Part shown: piece after piece, positions 19,057 through 29,500 of the stretch
Numbering within the stretch: the stretch's first letter is position 1
Layout: each line of letters opens with the position of its first letter
From: a virus
Virus record (IMG/VR): IMGVR_UViG_3300038465_000055
Location: 10,738 to 74,737 of that record
Length of the DNA stretch: 64,000 bases
Strand: one strand, 5' to 3'
Translations under genes and position numbers: made by a program
Notes under the pieces: model-generated
What the model saw: only the letters and a program-made list of their open reading frames with translations
Database searches by the model: none
Told to the model about the DNA's origin: nothing

Positions 19057-19544
19057 GGCGACACTTCTATTTGATTGTTGGCGATACGGTACACCAGAGT
19101 CGAGTTGAAGTATCCAGCGGTCAGGCTGATGTTCTCGCTGGCGACGCCAAGCCTCGTCGCAGCTCCCGGATCGGCCATCAGCGGATAGGTGAATGTGTAC
19201 CGGCCTGTGACATAGGCGAGCACCTGACCGTTGTAGGCGTCCGGCGTCGAGCCCGTGATCGTGAGCGCCACCGTACTGCCGATTCGGTATGGAATGGGAT
19301 TCGCAAGCGTCCCTGTCACAAAACCATTGGCCCATGACAGCTCCGCAAGATTGGCCCCGTTCGGAGATCCCACCATTGCCTTGTTGACGATCAGCGTGCC
19401 GTCGAGACCTGCGATCGCGAGATAGTATCGCTGCGCCGCCATATTAAAGGTGACGGTCGCGTTGTAGACCTGACCGTCCAGCGTGGGCTGGAACGTATAG
19501 TTCGCGGTCGGTACCGGCGTGAAATCATAATAGGTGATGCTCAT
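19053..19544 (-). CDS. Baseplate protein with inserted FCCH-like beta domain
   Basis: FQPTLDGQVYNATVTFNMAAQRYYL; position in operon. Confidence 0.75.
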   Translation of the reverse strand: MSITYYDFTPVPTANYTFQPTLDGQVYNATVTFNMAAQRYYLAIAGLDGTLIVNKAMVGSPNGANLAELSWANGFVTGTLANPIPYRIGSTVALTITGSTPDAYNGQVLAYVTGRYTFTYPLMADPGAATRLGVASENISLTAGYFNSTLVYRIANNQIEVSP

Positions 19545-20281
19545 AGGCCGTTGCCGCCGATCCCGCCAATTGATCCGCTACCCGCCACGCTGCTGCCGCT
19601 GGACGATCCCAGCGATGGCACCACCGAGGAGCCGGTGAGGGACTGCGGTGACGTCGACGCATTGGCGCCAGACGTCGATCCGTCCGTCGTCAGGCCGCCA
19701 GAGATCTTGCTCATCATGGTATTGAGAACATTCGAAGCATCTGACTGCGTGAGAAGCGGCTTGCGAAACGTCCATATCCATTCGGACTGAGGTTGTTTCG
19801 GATTTGGCGACACGTCATCCAACCCAAGCAAAACCAAATTGGTGTAATAATAGGCCGGCGTCGCCACCGTATAGGTTCCTCCAGACGCATTGTGCTGGTC
19901 GAGTGCAGCCTTCAACGCCGTCATCGTGGCCAGCTTTATCAGCCACGCGCCCGATCCCCGCGCCGGGCAATACATCTTCAGCATGACTTTGAGTGGATCA
20001 GAGATGACCGCATTCGCCGCTGTGGCCTGATTCGCGAACGGATATTCGCCGAGCCGCTGTGCGATCAGAGAGCCACCCGGCATCACCACGAAATTAGCAA
20101 AGCAGTTATTCAGATCGAGGTTGGCGCCTTGAAGAATTCCAGCGGTGAAATTGATCGCCTCCGTCAGCGCGATGATCGGCAACATCCCGCCGAGAAGCGT
20201 GGCGATCCCATTGGTCAAAATGATAGGCGAGAGCTGATAGCTCAATTGCGCCGCGATCGCCCCTGTCGGTTGTCCTGCCAT
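19541..20281 (-). CDS. Baseplate/tube-initiator protein
   Basis: Directly follows the tape measure; YPFANQ..AANA. Confidence 0.7.
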   Translation of the reverse strand: MAGQPTGAIAAQLSYQLSPIILTNGIATLLGGMLPIIALTEAINFTAGILQGANLDLNNCFANFVVMPGGSLIAQRLGEYPFANQATAANAVISDPLKVMLKMYCPARGSGAWLIKLATMTALKAALDQHNASGGTYTVATPAYYYTNLVLLGLDDVSPNPKQPQSEWIWTFRKPLLTQSDASNVLNTMMSKISGGLTTDGSTSGANASTSPQSLTGSSVVPSLGSSSGSSVAGSGSIGGIGGNGL

Positions 20282-20319
20282 TGCCCTGAAGTTCCATGAC
20301 TCGAGTCGTGGTTTTTACC

Positions 20320-22005
20320 TTACTGCGCAACTTGTCTTGTGTTGGTTATGACGGTGCCGCCTGCCGCATTCTCGATCTTGACCTCGACCTTTGGATTGTA
20401 GCCGGGGACACTATGTCCGTGCCTGATATATTTCTGCGTTTCCCATGGCAAAACGTTGATGTTGTCTCCCGTTCGATGAAACTTGTTGGCGCGACCGGGA
20501 CCGGCATTGTAGGCCGCAAGGATTTCGTCCGTGTTGCCACCATAGCGCTTGGTCAGATCCGCTAGAATCGCATCAGCAACCTGCTCATTATACTTCGCAT
20601 CTTTCAGGCGACTTGGATCAAATCCATACTGCCGCGCCGTGCCGGGCATGACCTGATATCTGCCGATCGCTCCAGCCGATGAAACCTCCTGATCGCCGCT
20701 TCCCTCCAGTTTGCGAACTAGCCCCTTGAGCCACGCGGCATCACCGGTACCTCCGCCAGCGTTCGCATTTCCGGAGAAAACATCCCATAGCTGCGACACC
20801 GCGCTCTTACCGGTCGTCTCGCGCTCCTCGCGCAATGCGCGCGCTCTATTCTTGGTCCCCTCGTATCCTTCGGAGCCTTCGCCGCCGCCCATCCATTCGA
20901 TAAACCCACCGATCTTTTTGGCGATCGTCACCATGCCGTCGACGAACGTGCCGATAGCCTTTAGGAATTCCGGCGTCGAGACATAATCCGCAAATCCTTC
21001 TAGCCCTGCCGCAACCCGCTTGATGACGTCCTCGAGTCCCTTGTTACCGAGGAAGCGTTCAACGACGTGCGTCGCTGCTTCTGACAGCTTTTGCAGCGGT
21101 CCAGTCAAAGGCGTGAGACCGCGAATGAACACCGTTTCGATCGTGTTGCCCGCCGCCCCCAGCCGCGTATTGAAATCCTGCCAGCGCTTCAGATCTTCCT
21201 GCGACACTCCCATCGCACCGCGATCGCGACCGAAGCTTCCGCCCAGCTCGTTCAATTCCTTGTAGGACGTGGCCTTCAACGCTTGGAACTGTTCCGGGGT
21301 AATGATCCCATCCAGCTTGCGCGCCGATAGCGTATCTGACAGCAGCGCATCCGGCGTTCTGTCTGCAAGCCGCTTCAGGCCGCGTAGGACGCGCATGGAG
21401 ACGTCTGTAGTATCCCCGGTCAGATCCCGCTCGCTCAAGCCTGCGCCGTACAGGGACGCCCGCCCAGCCGCGCTATGCAGTGCCGAGTTAACGCCACCAA
21501 GGAATTCCGGTCCGACGATTCGGCCGAAGTTCGTGTTGAAAGCTTTCTGATCGCCGAATTGCGTGTTGTGGCCGAGCCCGTATTGCCGGCCAGCGCTGGC
21601 CGATTGCGCCAGCCGCTCGATGCCAAAGAGGCCGCCAGCGCCCAGCAACCCGGTAAAGATCCCGGTGAGCGTGCCCCATTTCAGCAGCGAATTTGTCGCG
21701 CTGGTAATGTTGGCTGCCACCGTCTTGGTATTGCGAGCCAGATCGCGCCAGTATTCCATCTCGGTCTTGGTGATGCGCAGCGCCTTCTCATGCGCCTCCG
21801 TCATCAGCTTCGCCTTGCCGATCGATGCCACCTCCAGCGCCACAAGCTCTTGAAAGCTTTTGACGTTGCCTGTGACCATGTTCTGAATGGAGCGCAATTG
21901 CTGCGGATGCTTCGCGAGCAACGCCGAATACTGGCGATAGTTCGCATGGAATCGATTGAACGCGCTATCGTTCAGATCAATGTCGATGATAGATTTGACC
22001 GGCAT
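20320..22005 (-). CDS. Tape measure protein with C-terminal lytic transglycosylase (SLT) domain
   Basis: Helical Ala/Gly-rich body; LEGSG...AIGRYQVMP...AAYNAGPG...ETQKY. Confidence 0.9.
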   Translation of the reverse strand: MPVKSIIDIDLNDSAFNRFHANYRQYSALLAKHPQQLRSIQNMVTGNVKSFQELVALEVASIGKAKLMTEAHEKALRITKTEMEYWRDLARNTKTVAANITSATNSLLKWGTLTGIFTGLLGAGGLFGIERLAQSASAGRQYGLGHNTQFGDQKAFNTNFGRIVGPEFLGGVNSALHSAAGRASLYGAGLSERDLTGDTTDVSMRVLRGLKRLADRTPDALLSDTLSARKLDGIITPEQFQALKATSYKELNELGGSFGRDRGAMGVSQEDLKRWQDFNTRLGAAGNTIETVFIRGLTPLTGPLQKLSEAATHVVERFLGNKGLEDVIKRVAAGLEGFADYVSTPEFLKAIGTFVDGMVTIAKKIGGFIEWMGGGEGSEGYEGTKNRARALREERETTGKSAVSQLWDVFSGNANAGGGTGDAAWLKGLVRKLEGSGDQEVSSAGAIGRYQVMPGTARQYGFDPSRLKDAKYNEQVADAILADLTKRYGGNTDEILAAYNAGPGRANKFHRTGDNINVLPWETQKYIRHGHSVPGYNPKVEVKIENAAGGTVITNTRQVAQ

Positions 22006-22009
22006 GGCT

Positions 22010-22355
22010 TCAGAATATGCCCTTCTTGGCGATCACTCCGGTTAGCGTCGCCAGCGAGTTTAGTATATACCGCTGCCGAAACTCATGGGCCGTACTCCAA
22101 TCAGCCTCCGGATTGAGATCTTCCATGAAATCGTGGAAGCCCTCGTTCGCCGTCCAATTCAGGATGGCGGCGACAATCCCTTGGCTGTCTCTCCAGAACT
22201 GGCGATCGCGGTCAACGTCGGTAAGGAATTCCGATAGGCCGTAGAGTTCAATGATGTTGTGTGCGCATCCCAGAGCGTACCGACCTTTCGGCCCACTTCT
22301 AACAGCATCGCCAATTCTTTTCGCCTGCGCATAACCGAGTTGACAGTAAAAAAAA
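22010..22355 (-). CDS. Probable -1 frameshift extension (gpT-like) of the tail assembly chaperone
   Basis: Open -1 frame from the T8 run (A8 at 22348-22355 on +) to the stop at 22010, adjacent to the tape-measure start. Confidence 0.6.
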
Positions 22356-22791
22356 CGAGGATGTTTTCGACCTCGTCGGCGTCCTGTTTGTCCAGCACGC
22401 CCTTCTTGACTGCCTCGTCCATCCCCATGGAATGCCACGCCGTAGCTTTCCATTGAGGAGATTTGCCCTCGTCCTCAACCACGACAGCCTTTTCGTTCGG
22501 AACGATAACGTGAGCCAACCGCCTGACTTCCCCGATGACGTTCATCTCGACGCCCTGCGGACCTTCCCACACGCCCTGATCCTTGGCTATGTCCCGGAGC
22601 GCCTTTGCCGCGATGCGCGACCCGCCCGCGCTGCCATGGCCGCCGCCGAATATCTTGGAATAGGTCTGACCGAGAACATCCCAATACACATCGAACGTCT
22701 CCGGTGAGATAGGTGCAGCATGGACATAGACGACACCGCGATCTTCAGTTTCAACAGGCACGACAAAATTCAACGTCTGATCAATCTTCAT
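22159..22791 (-). CDS. Tail assembly chaperone (gpG-like)
   Basis: Between tube and tape measure; contains slippery GTT TTT TTT. Confidence 0.75.
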   Translation of the reverse strand: MKIDQTLNFVVPVETEDRGVVYVHAAPISPETFDVYWDVLGQTYSKIFGGGHGSAGGSRIAAKALRDIAKDQGVWEGPQGVEMNVIGEVRRLAHVIVPNEKAVVVEDEGKSPQWKATAWHSMGMDEAVKKGVLDKQDADEVENILVFFTVNSVMRRRKELAMLLEVGRKVGTLWDAHTTSLNSTAYRNSLPTLTAIASSGETAKGLSPPS

Positions 22792-22839
22792 GCAGACTCT
22801 CCCGTTGGCCGCCCGGTGAAGGCGGTTTGTCCTAAGACT

Positions 22840-23286
22840 TTACGCAGCATTCCACATCGCATTGTTCACGTAGTACGTCGATTTGAAGCGTACCGTGAAC
22901 GCCGGATTTGTGCCTCCAGAGTCGAGTCCGTCGACGCCTTCGATCGCCGCATTCACCACGTCGAACGGTGGAATGGCTGCGGTATCGAGCCGGATCGAAC
23001 AGTTGCCCAACCGCGTGTCGTTTTCCCATGCCGCCTTGTAGAGCGCCGCAAGCGCGACCGTCTTGACGATCCCCACGCTGAAGGAAAACATCATCCACGG
23101 TTCCGGCGACGTGACGGCGCCAGCCATCGCCGCAAGGAATTGCGTCATGTCGCCGTCGATCCCAAGCTTGATCGCCTCTTTCGTCATGTTTTGAGCATTG
23201 ACGTCGAGCGACGGGAAGGCGTCAAACAGAACGCTGCCGCGCAGCCTGTTGAGCGAACCGAGCTGAATGAGAGGATTGGCAGCCAT
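22840..23286 (-). CDS. Tail tube protein
   Basis: 148 aa, directly after the sheath. Confidence 0.8.
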   Translation of the reverse strand: MAANPLIQLGSLNRLRGSVLFDAFPSLDVNAQNMTKEAIKLGIDGDMTQFLAAMAGAVTSPEPWMMFSFSVGIVKTVALAALYKAAWENDTRLGNCSIRLDTAAIPPFDVVNAAIEGVDGLDSGGTNPAFTVRFKSTYYVNNAMWNAA

Positions 23287-23313
23287 GACGATCTCGCCCT
23301 TTCAGAAAAAGGT

Positions 23314-24699
23314 TTATGCGTTGACGATGAAATTCGAAACCGAGAGATTGTATATGATCTGTTTGAACCCGCGCGCCGGGACATAGGCAATCGACAACCC
23401 GCGGTATATCCCCGCCGGGAAGTCGGTCGGATTTTCCGCAGCATTGATCAGGAATGGTTCGGCGTTGACGACGGTCATCCCGGTATAGGCGCCAGATTCA
23501 AACGCTGTGATGAAGTCGCTCTGCGAGAGCTGTGTTTGTATAGTGTTGCCATTGAGAACGAGGCCGTTTGTGACACCTTGCTGCATCGTGCTCAATGCAA
23601 CCCGCTGTATGCGGTTGATGCCGTTCTGATCATAGTACAACGGATTGTTTTTGTTGTTCGAATTGGCGACGACATAATTCGAGGTATTGAGGTCGAGGTT
23701 GATTTCAACCCAATCGACCGAATACCAATAGAGCATGTCGTTGCCGTCCAGCGACGTGCCATCGCGCAGGATGACGTTCGACAACCCGGCTTCCGAAGCT
23801 GGGCCACCATAGTTGACGAAAGCCGCTTCGAACTCGGTGGTCTGCGTTCCGAAGCCCGCCGCCGGCCATGGCGTGATGCCGAAGCCGTAGTTGTAGCAGA
23901 ACGGAGTCGCCTTGCTTGTGGATGACGGATTCTGCCCGATCAGGCTGCGGAACGGCCATGCCGCGCCGAATTCGGTTGGCGGCGCATCTGGCGATGGAAT
24001 GAAGATGAACGCCGACTTGTCCGCGCCAACATAATCGGTGTAGGTCCCCGGCGTGCTGGTCGTGATGAAGTAAAGCCGCGATGTCGGAGTCGTGTATTGC
24101 GCTATCAGCGCGAGATACTGCGACAGGCCATCCCATTCTGACGGGACGAGGAACGCATAGATCGTGCCGGGATTGGCCGCGATATAGGTCGCCAGCGCAG
24201 CGATCGCAGCAACCGGCGCCAGATCGCCCAGCTCAAGCACATAGGGTGCAACCTGACTCCCCTGCGCCCAGAACGTATTATTCTGCGTGACCAGCTCGTT
24301 GACGTCGGCAGATATCCAAGTGCCGGGCACCGTTTCCGCCCCCGGATTCGCCGCCAGCGGATAAGTAAAGGTGCTGGCACCGGTCACCGTCGCCAAGAAT
24401 GTGCCGTTGTAAGCAGCCGGCACCGCACCAACGATCGCGACTCCCAACGTCGAAGGATTTGGAAGCCCATGAGGCGCCGCGGTGGTAACGGTTGCGATAC
24501 CACTCAGCCACGTGATCGAGGTGATCGCCGCCCCCGGCGTCAGGATCGAATTGATGGAATTGGACTGCGTCAGGAGTTGCCTCGTCCCCGGCGCCAGCGT
24601 GGTGCCTCCGACCGAAACGATGGCGCCAGTTTGCTGCAAGGTCGAAGGGGCGGGCGCGGAAACGATGTTCGCGTTGACGATCGTGATCGGATTGCTCAT
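23314..24699 (-). CDS. Tail sheath protein (DUF3383-like) with inserted FCCH-like beta domain
   Basis: YWYSVDWVEIN...NPLYYDQNGI; 461 aa; position in operon. Confidence 0.85.
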   Translation of the reverse strand: MSNPITIVNANIVSAPAPSTLQQTGAIVSVGGTTLAPGTRQLLTQSNSINSILTPGAAITSITWLSGIATVTTAAPHGLPNPSTLGVAIVGAVPAAYNGTFLATVTGASTFTYPLAANPGAETVPGTWISADVNELVTQNNTFWAQGSQVAPYVLELGDLAPVAAIAALATYIAANPGTIYAFLVPSEWDGLSQYLALIAQYTTPTSRLYFITTSTPGTYTDYVGADKSAFIFIPSPDAPPTEFGAAWPFRSLIGQNPSSTSKATPFCYNYGFGITPWPAAGFGTQTTEFEAAFVNYGGPASEAGLSNVILRDGTSLDGNDMLYWYSVDWVEINLDLNTSNYVVANSNNKNNPLYYDQNGINRIQRVALSTMQQGVTNGLVLNGNTIQTQLSQSDFITAFESGAYTGMTVVNAEPFLINAAENPTDFPAGIYRGLSIAYVPARGFKQIIYNLSVSNFIVNA

Positions 24700-24752
24700 C
24701 GGGTGCCCCTAGAGGGAGATGTGATGCTGGTTTCCGCGCCTTTGGCTTGCAA

Positions 24753-25124
24753 TTACTCGTAGTTTATCGCGATCGTCTGGCCAGCGCCGGGGACGACTAC
24801 AATGCCAGTGGAGCATGGGAAGTTGAGCTGGGTATTCCCGACCGCGGCTGGCGTCGTAGCGATCTGGTTGGCCGCCGCAGCCGCGCCAGTGGTCGCACAA
24901 TCGTTGATGGTCCCAGCCGCACCGGCCACCACAACTGTAAATGAAATGACGGTTCCCGGCGTCGCCTTCACGACGGTGGCCACCGTGATATTTTTAAGCG
25001 TGGTGGACGCATCGGAAGCCTGACTCGCTGTTTCGAGCCGGCCGGCCGCGTCCGCCAGCGCTGGCACATAAGCACCTGACGGATTCTTCGCATACATTTT
25101 CTGGGCGTTTGCGTTCTGGACCAT
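24753..25124 (-). CDS. Small beta-rich structural protein
   Basis: Ala/Thr/Val-rich; GIVVVPGAGQTIAINY C-terminus. Confidence 0.7.
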   Translation of the reverse strand: MVQNANAQKMYAKNPSGAYVPALADAAGRLETASQASDASTTLKNITVATVVKATPGTVISFTVVVAGAAGTINDCATTGAAAAANQIATTPAAVGNTQLNFPCSTGIVVVPGAGQTIAINYE

Positions 25125-25142
25125 CGTCGTCTCGCTCCTATT

Positions 25143-26099
25143 TTAGACAGCTTGAGGAAAATAATTGTTTATCACTTTCGTGATCAGTTGCCGGGCGATG
25201 TTGCGCGCGGTGAATTGGTGGTACGAGATTTCAAACTCAACCGACTTCTTTTGCGCGATCGTCATCAGCTCGGGCTGGATTCGACGCTCGTCCATAACCA
25301 CAGGCATATTCATAATGCCAAACGTATCATAGTCCAAGCTATACTGGTTGACGGCATCGACCAAAGTCAGCGCTTCGGCATTGCGCAGCCCGAACATCGT
25401 GATTTTGACCCGATCGGATACAAGCTGGAAATGCGTTCCATCTTTGCCGATATAGGCCGTGGACTGCAAAGCGATCGGGCTTCCCTGCAAGATATCCACA
25501 GAAGCGAATGGAGGGCTCATGTCGAGCGGCAGGAGGTAGGCCGGATACAAGGTCACCGGAAGCGCCCAGCGAACGCCCGGCACCGGCGGCTGATAGGCGT
25601 TCATCGCCAGCCAGAGCGGAAGGCTGTTCGACGCAATGACCTCGTCGGTGGCGAGATGGCTGGCCGAATTGACGACCTGAGTCCGCATGTCCGGATAGAT
25701 CGCAGCGCCATAATAGTGATGCAGGCCCGATTGCTTGAAGTATTTTCCACGACCTGAGAAACCGAACATCAGGCCATCGAATTCGCCGATCCACATCGTC
25801 TTTGGATCGACCGCATTCAGCGGCGTGACTTCGCTCAGTGACGTGAATACCACGCGATTGAGCGCGAATGTCTCCTCGACGTCCTGATGGATCTCGGTGG
25901 CATAATGCAGCGAGCCCATCACCTTCATCGTCTTGAGCGGTCGAATCCTCACCCAGAAGCGATAATTATCTAGCGGCAGGATCGCTTCTGCGTAGTGCGT
26001 AAACTTGATCTCTTGCTGGATCGCGATCGCCTTGACGCCTTCGGCAAGGTCGCTTCCTAGCGGAGTGTCTGCGCCAGAGGCTTCGTCAATTCCCGGCAA
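25143..26099 (-). CDS. Head-tail joining/tail-completion protein (probable TTG start)
   Basis: Position between neck gene and sheath. Confidence 0.7.
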   Translation of the reverse strand: MPGIDEASGADTPLGSDLAEGVKAIAIQQEIKFTHYAEAILPLDNYRFWVRIRPLKTMKVMGSLHYATEIHQDVEETFALNRVVFTSLSEVTPLNAVDPKTMWIGEFDGLMFGFSGRGKYFKQSGLHHYYGAAIYPDMRTQVVNSASHLATDEVIASNSLPLWLAMNAYQPPVPGVRWALPVTLYPAYLLPLDMSPPFASVDILQGSPIALQSTAYIGKDGTHFQLVSDRVKITMFGLRNAEALTLVDAVNQYSLDYDTFGIMNMPVVMDERRIQPELMTIAQKKSVEFEISYHQFTARNIARQLITKVINNYFPQAV

Positions 26100-26100
26100 T

Positions 26101-26547
26101 TTACGTGACCCATGCTCGAAGTGATGATTCGTACAATTCTGTATCAACAAACGACACCGGACGCGAGTTAGATCGACGTCCGCGCTTCTTCTTCCGCCCG
26201 CTCCGCTTCTTCCCCAAGGCACGGTCGATCGCTGCCTGCGTCGGCACGCCGGGATAGCCAAGGCTGTCCATTTCTCCGTTTGTGATGAATTCCTTCATGC
26301 CTTCTTCGATCTTCGAGGCGCCGCCCGCGAACACATCGATGGTTGCCGGGGCCCCCATCAGCAGACTTTCGAGCGCTCCGCGCGCGCCTTCCTCCATCGC
26401 CGTCGCCATGTCCGGCCCGTGAACCTGCGAATAGATTTCGAGGATATGATATTTGTCCTCAAGCCAGCCTGCGACGTCGCCGGTCGTCACCGTGCCCTTC
26501 TGGTCATAAGGCAGATCGTCAATGACTCCGAGATGAAGTACGGGCAT
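26101..26547 (-). CDS. Neck/tail-completion protein
   Basis: LHLGVID.PY...RPVSFVDTELYESS. Confidence 0.75.
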   Translation of the reverse strand: MPVLHLGVIDDLPYDQKGTVTTGDVAGWLEDKYHILEIYSQVHGPDMATAMEEGARGALESLLMGAPATIDVFAGGASKIEEGMKEFITNGEMDSLGYPGVPTQAAIDRALGKKRSGRKKKRGRRSNSRPVSFVDTELYESSLRAWVT

Positions 26548-26561
26548 TTATCTCGCTTCCA

Positions 26562-29500
26562 TCAGTGACCGCTGTTGAAACTCGACGTGCCATTATAATT
26601 TTGCCAGAACGGCGAAGTGAGCGGGTTGCAGAACAGACTAGTACACGAACTAAACCCCCATTGTTGCGAGAGAAGAAAATTCAAAGACGAAGGAGACCCC
26701 GAATTAGGCATCAAACCAAAGGTGACTTGATTGATGTCGGTCCCCATGAATCCCTTGTAGTAATACTCCCATGTCACGGCGAATGACGGATCATTCTTAT
26801 ACCCGGTAAAAACTGCGTCATTGAAAGCGTTGGCCGCTCCTGTACTCGACGGATCAGAGAACGTGATGCCTTCTCCCGCGTTCGTTCCCGTGGCATTGCC
26901 AGATAGAATCACATAGTTGCCGGTGCATGTTGTAGGGCATCCGCTGTTGATCGACGAAACCGTCAGCCCCGAAATATCGCCCGCGGCAACCGTCATCCCT
27001 GTGTAATAGCCAAGAGCAGTCGAGAGACTGTCGACGACGGTGTTTGTGTGAGTCGACCCGGTAATTCCAACCGTAGTGCCGATCTGGATCGGAGGCACCG
27101 CCGCAGCGAAGGTAGCTGCCGCATAAGGATTAACTTCAATGTCGCCTTCGTACCACCGCATCAAAACCGGACCCATCCCAGAAGGTCGAGGATTGGCTGC
27201 CGTCCCGCAACTCTGTTGAGTGGAGCTGCTGTAGCTACAGGCAAGAGTTTGCCAGAGCTGAAGATTAGTCTGGACCGTGGAATTGTTGCCTTGCGTAAAA
27301 GTAAATGGCGTCGATGTGTATATCAGAGAGTTTAGCGACAACGTACCGGTGCCGGGCGTGCCGCAATTTACATCGCTGCCGTTTTGGATTCCGGCAGTGA
27401 ACCCTTTCATGGTGAAGTTCCACGGCGAAGTGGTCAGCGCCGCCCCCGCGGATGTTGTGGCTGCACTTGTGACGTAGAGACCGGCCCCACCGGTCGTGCC
27501 CGAGGTCTGGCTGACGATCGTGGTGGTGATGGTGGACGGAACGCCTGTGCCAGCAACCGCAGCACCTATCGCAATGGTGCCCGTGACGCCGGTTACGGTG
27601 AGGTTGGTTCCGCTGCCAGTCCCCGTGAAGCTGGCTGTGCCGGTGATGGTGTCCGTCGTATAGACTTGGTTTCCTGCTAAACCACTTGGAAGCGTTCCAC
27701 CGGGCGATGTGAACAGGAAGAAGTTGCCATTCCCTCCCGGCTCGTATGACGATGCGCCTGTCCCCGTCGTGAACGTGGTGCCGCTGCAAGTAAGTGCTTG
27801 GGGTGCTCTGCGCGGATAAGTCCCCCTCAGGTCTTGGTCGATGAGCGATATGGCGGCGGCTTCGCTGCCGTTGATCCAGTCGTTCACGACAGGTTGGAAA
27901 AACCAAGCTGATGCTAGCCCGAATCCAGAGCCTCCGACGTCCGACCCGTTCGTGATGTTGTTGCCGCCAACATATGGCGCACCTCCGATCGTGTTGATGT
28001 CGTCGATGGGGCGGTTAGGATAAACATTTCGTCCTGCTACTGAACACCCGCTGGTAAACGTTCCGCCAAAATGTACGCAAAGTGGAGCGTTCGTTGCTGT
28101 GCTTAGAAGTGACCCGCCCAGAGCCAAGATATAATCGCTGGAAGAAAGGGCGCAGCAGAATTGCCCCATCATGGCGGCTTCGTAACGAGAGCGATTTGAG
28201 CCACTAAATACGGACGAAAATGCAAGCGCTGTGTCCGAAGCCAGCACCGCCATGTAGTGCGTATAATCGAGCGGAGAGCCGTTGGTTATATTGAGCCAGT
28301 TCTCACGCTGGATCGCCAGCCGCCATGGTTGATACGCCGGATTCCAGACCTCATTGCCATCTTCAGTAAGCACCTTGAGCGGCGCTTTCATCAAACTAAG
28401 AATAAGGGAGGCCGTTCTGGTCTTGTAAGTGTTGGTGGCCGTTATCGGAAGATTCAGCCAGAAGTTCGCGTCGGTCTGATTGGCAAGATTGATGAAATAC
28501 TCATACGGCGCCATGCCCGGCGAGACGCCGCCGCCCTGTTCGATGACCCCGCCTAAAATGGCATCGTAAGCAAACGTGGAGTAGCCGGTGCCGAGCTGGT
28601 TGGAATTTATTCCACCACAGTTGTCGTTGTAGCCCTGTCCTTCGCAGTTCAAGATGAACGCTTGAGCGCCGCCGGCCTTCGTGGAAACAACGATTGCAAA
28701 TGGACTTATGTAGCCTAGGCAACCGGAACAGGCATGGACAAACGCTGTGTTGAAGGTGACGTGGTAGCCATCACTTGAGATGTTAGTTATTGTCTGGACG
28801 CCACCAGCCTCGGTGGTGCCGCTCGTCAATCCATTGACATAGAGCACATTTCCGACAATGGCGGCGGACACGTTGCCCGCGTAAAGCGCCTGCGCCGCAA
28901 CAGTCTGCGAAACGCTGACAGCATAAGTTCCTGTGCCACCGGCCCCCGTGCAAGCAGGCGCACAAGCAGATGAATTGGTCGTGGAGTTTCCGACAATCGT
29001 GGTGTTGGCCGCAACCGACGTTCCGGAGATAGAAAAGACCGTGTCTCCGAGCAGTACGGAGGCGCTGCCGCCCCCGTAGCTGTTGAAGGCGCTGACGGTC
29101 ATCGTCGTACCAGAAATGCTGGCCGTCGTCATCTGGCTGTGCGCGATCGACGCCGAAACGCACGGACCGCCGCCGCAGTTGGTCGTGCTGTCTCCGACCG
29201 CGTTGACTAGAGTCCATCCCGGCGTCGGTCCTGTGCCGGGATTTCCCATCACGGTGTCGCCATCAGCCCATGCCCCTAGGCTCTGGTCGTTGGCGCTGTT
29301 GTTCATGTCGTCAGAAGGCGCGCAGGTAAAAATATATGGCGCCTGTCCTGACGAGCCAGCCGTGAGCGGACACGTCGGCGTAGTATTGCCCGCTCCTCCG
29401 GAACGAGCGCTCGGCACATTACGGCTGGTGAATGTGAGATGGAGGTCGGTGATCTGAGCACGATAACCAAACGTCGTCATCTTGGTAGTGTCGGAAGCGC

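Noticed and set aside
22720-23925. 401-aa + strand ORF
   Set aside because: Antisense to the tube and sheath genes, with shadow-type composition.
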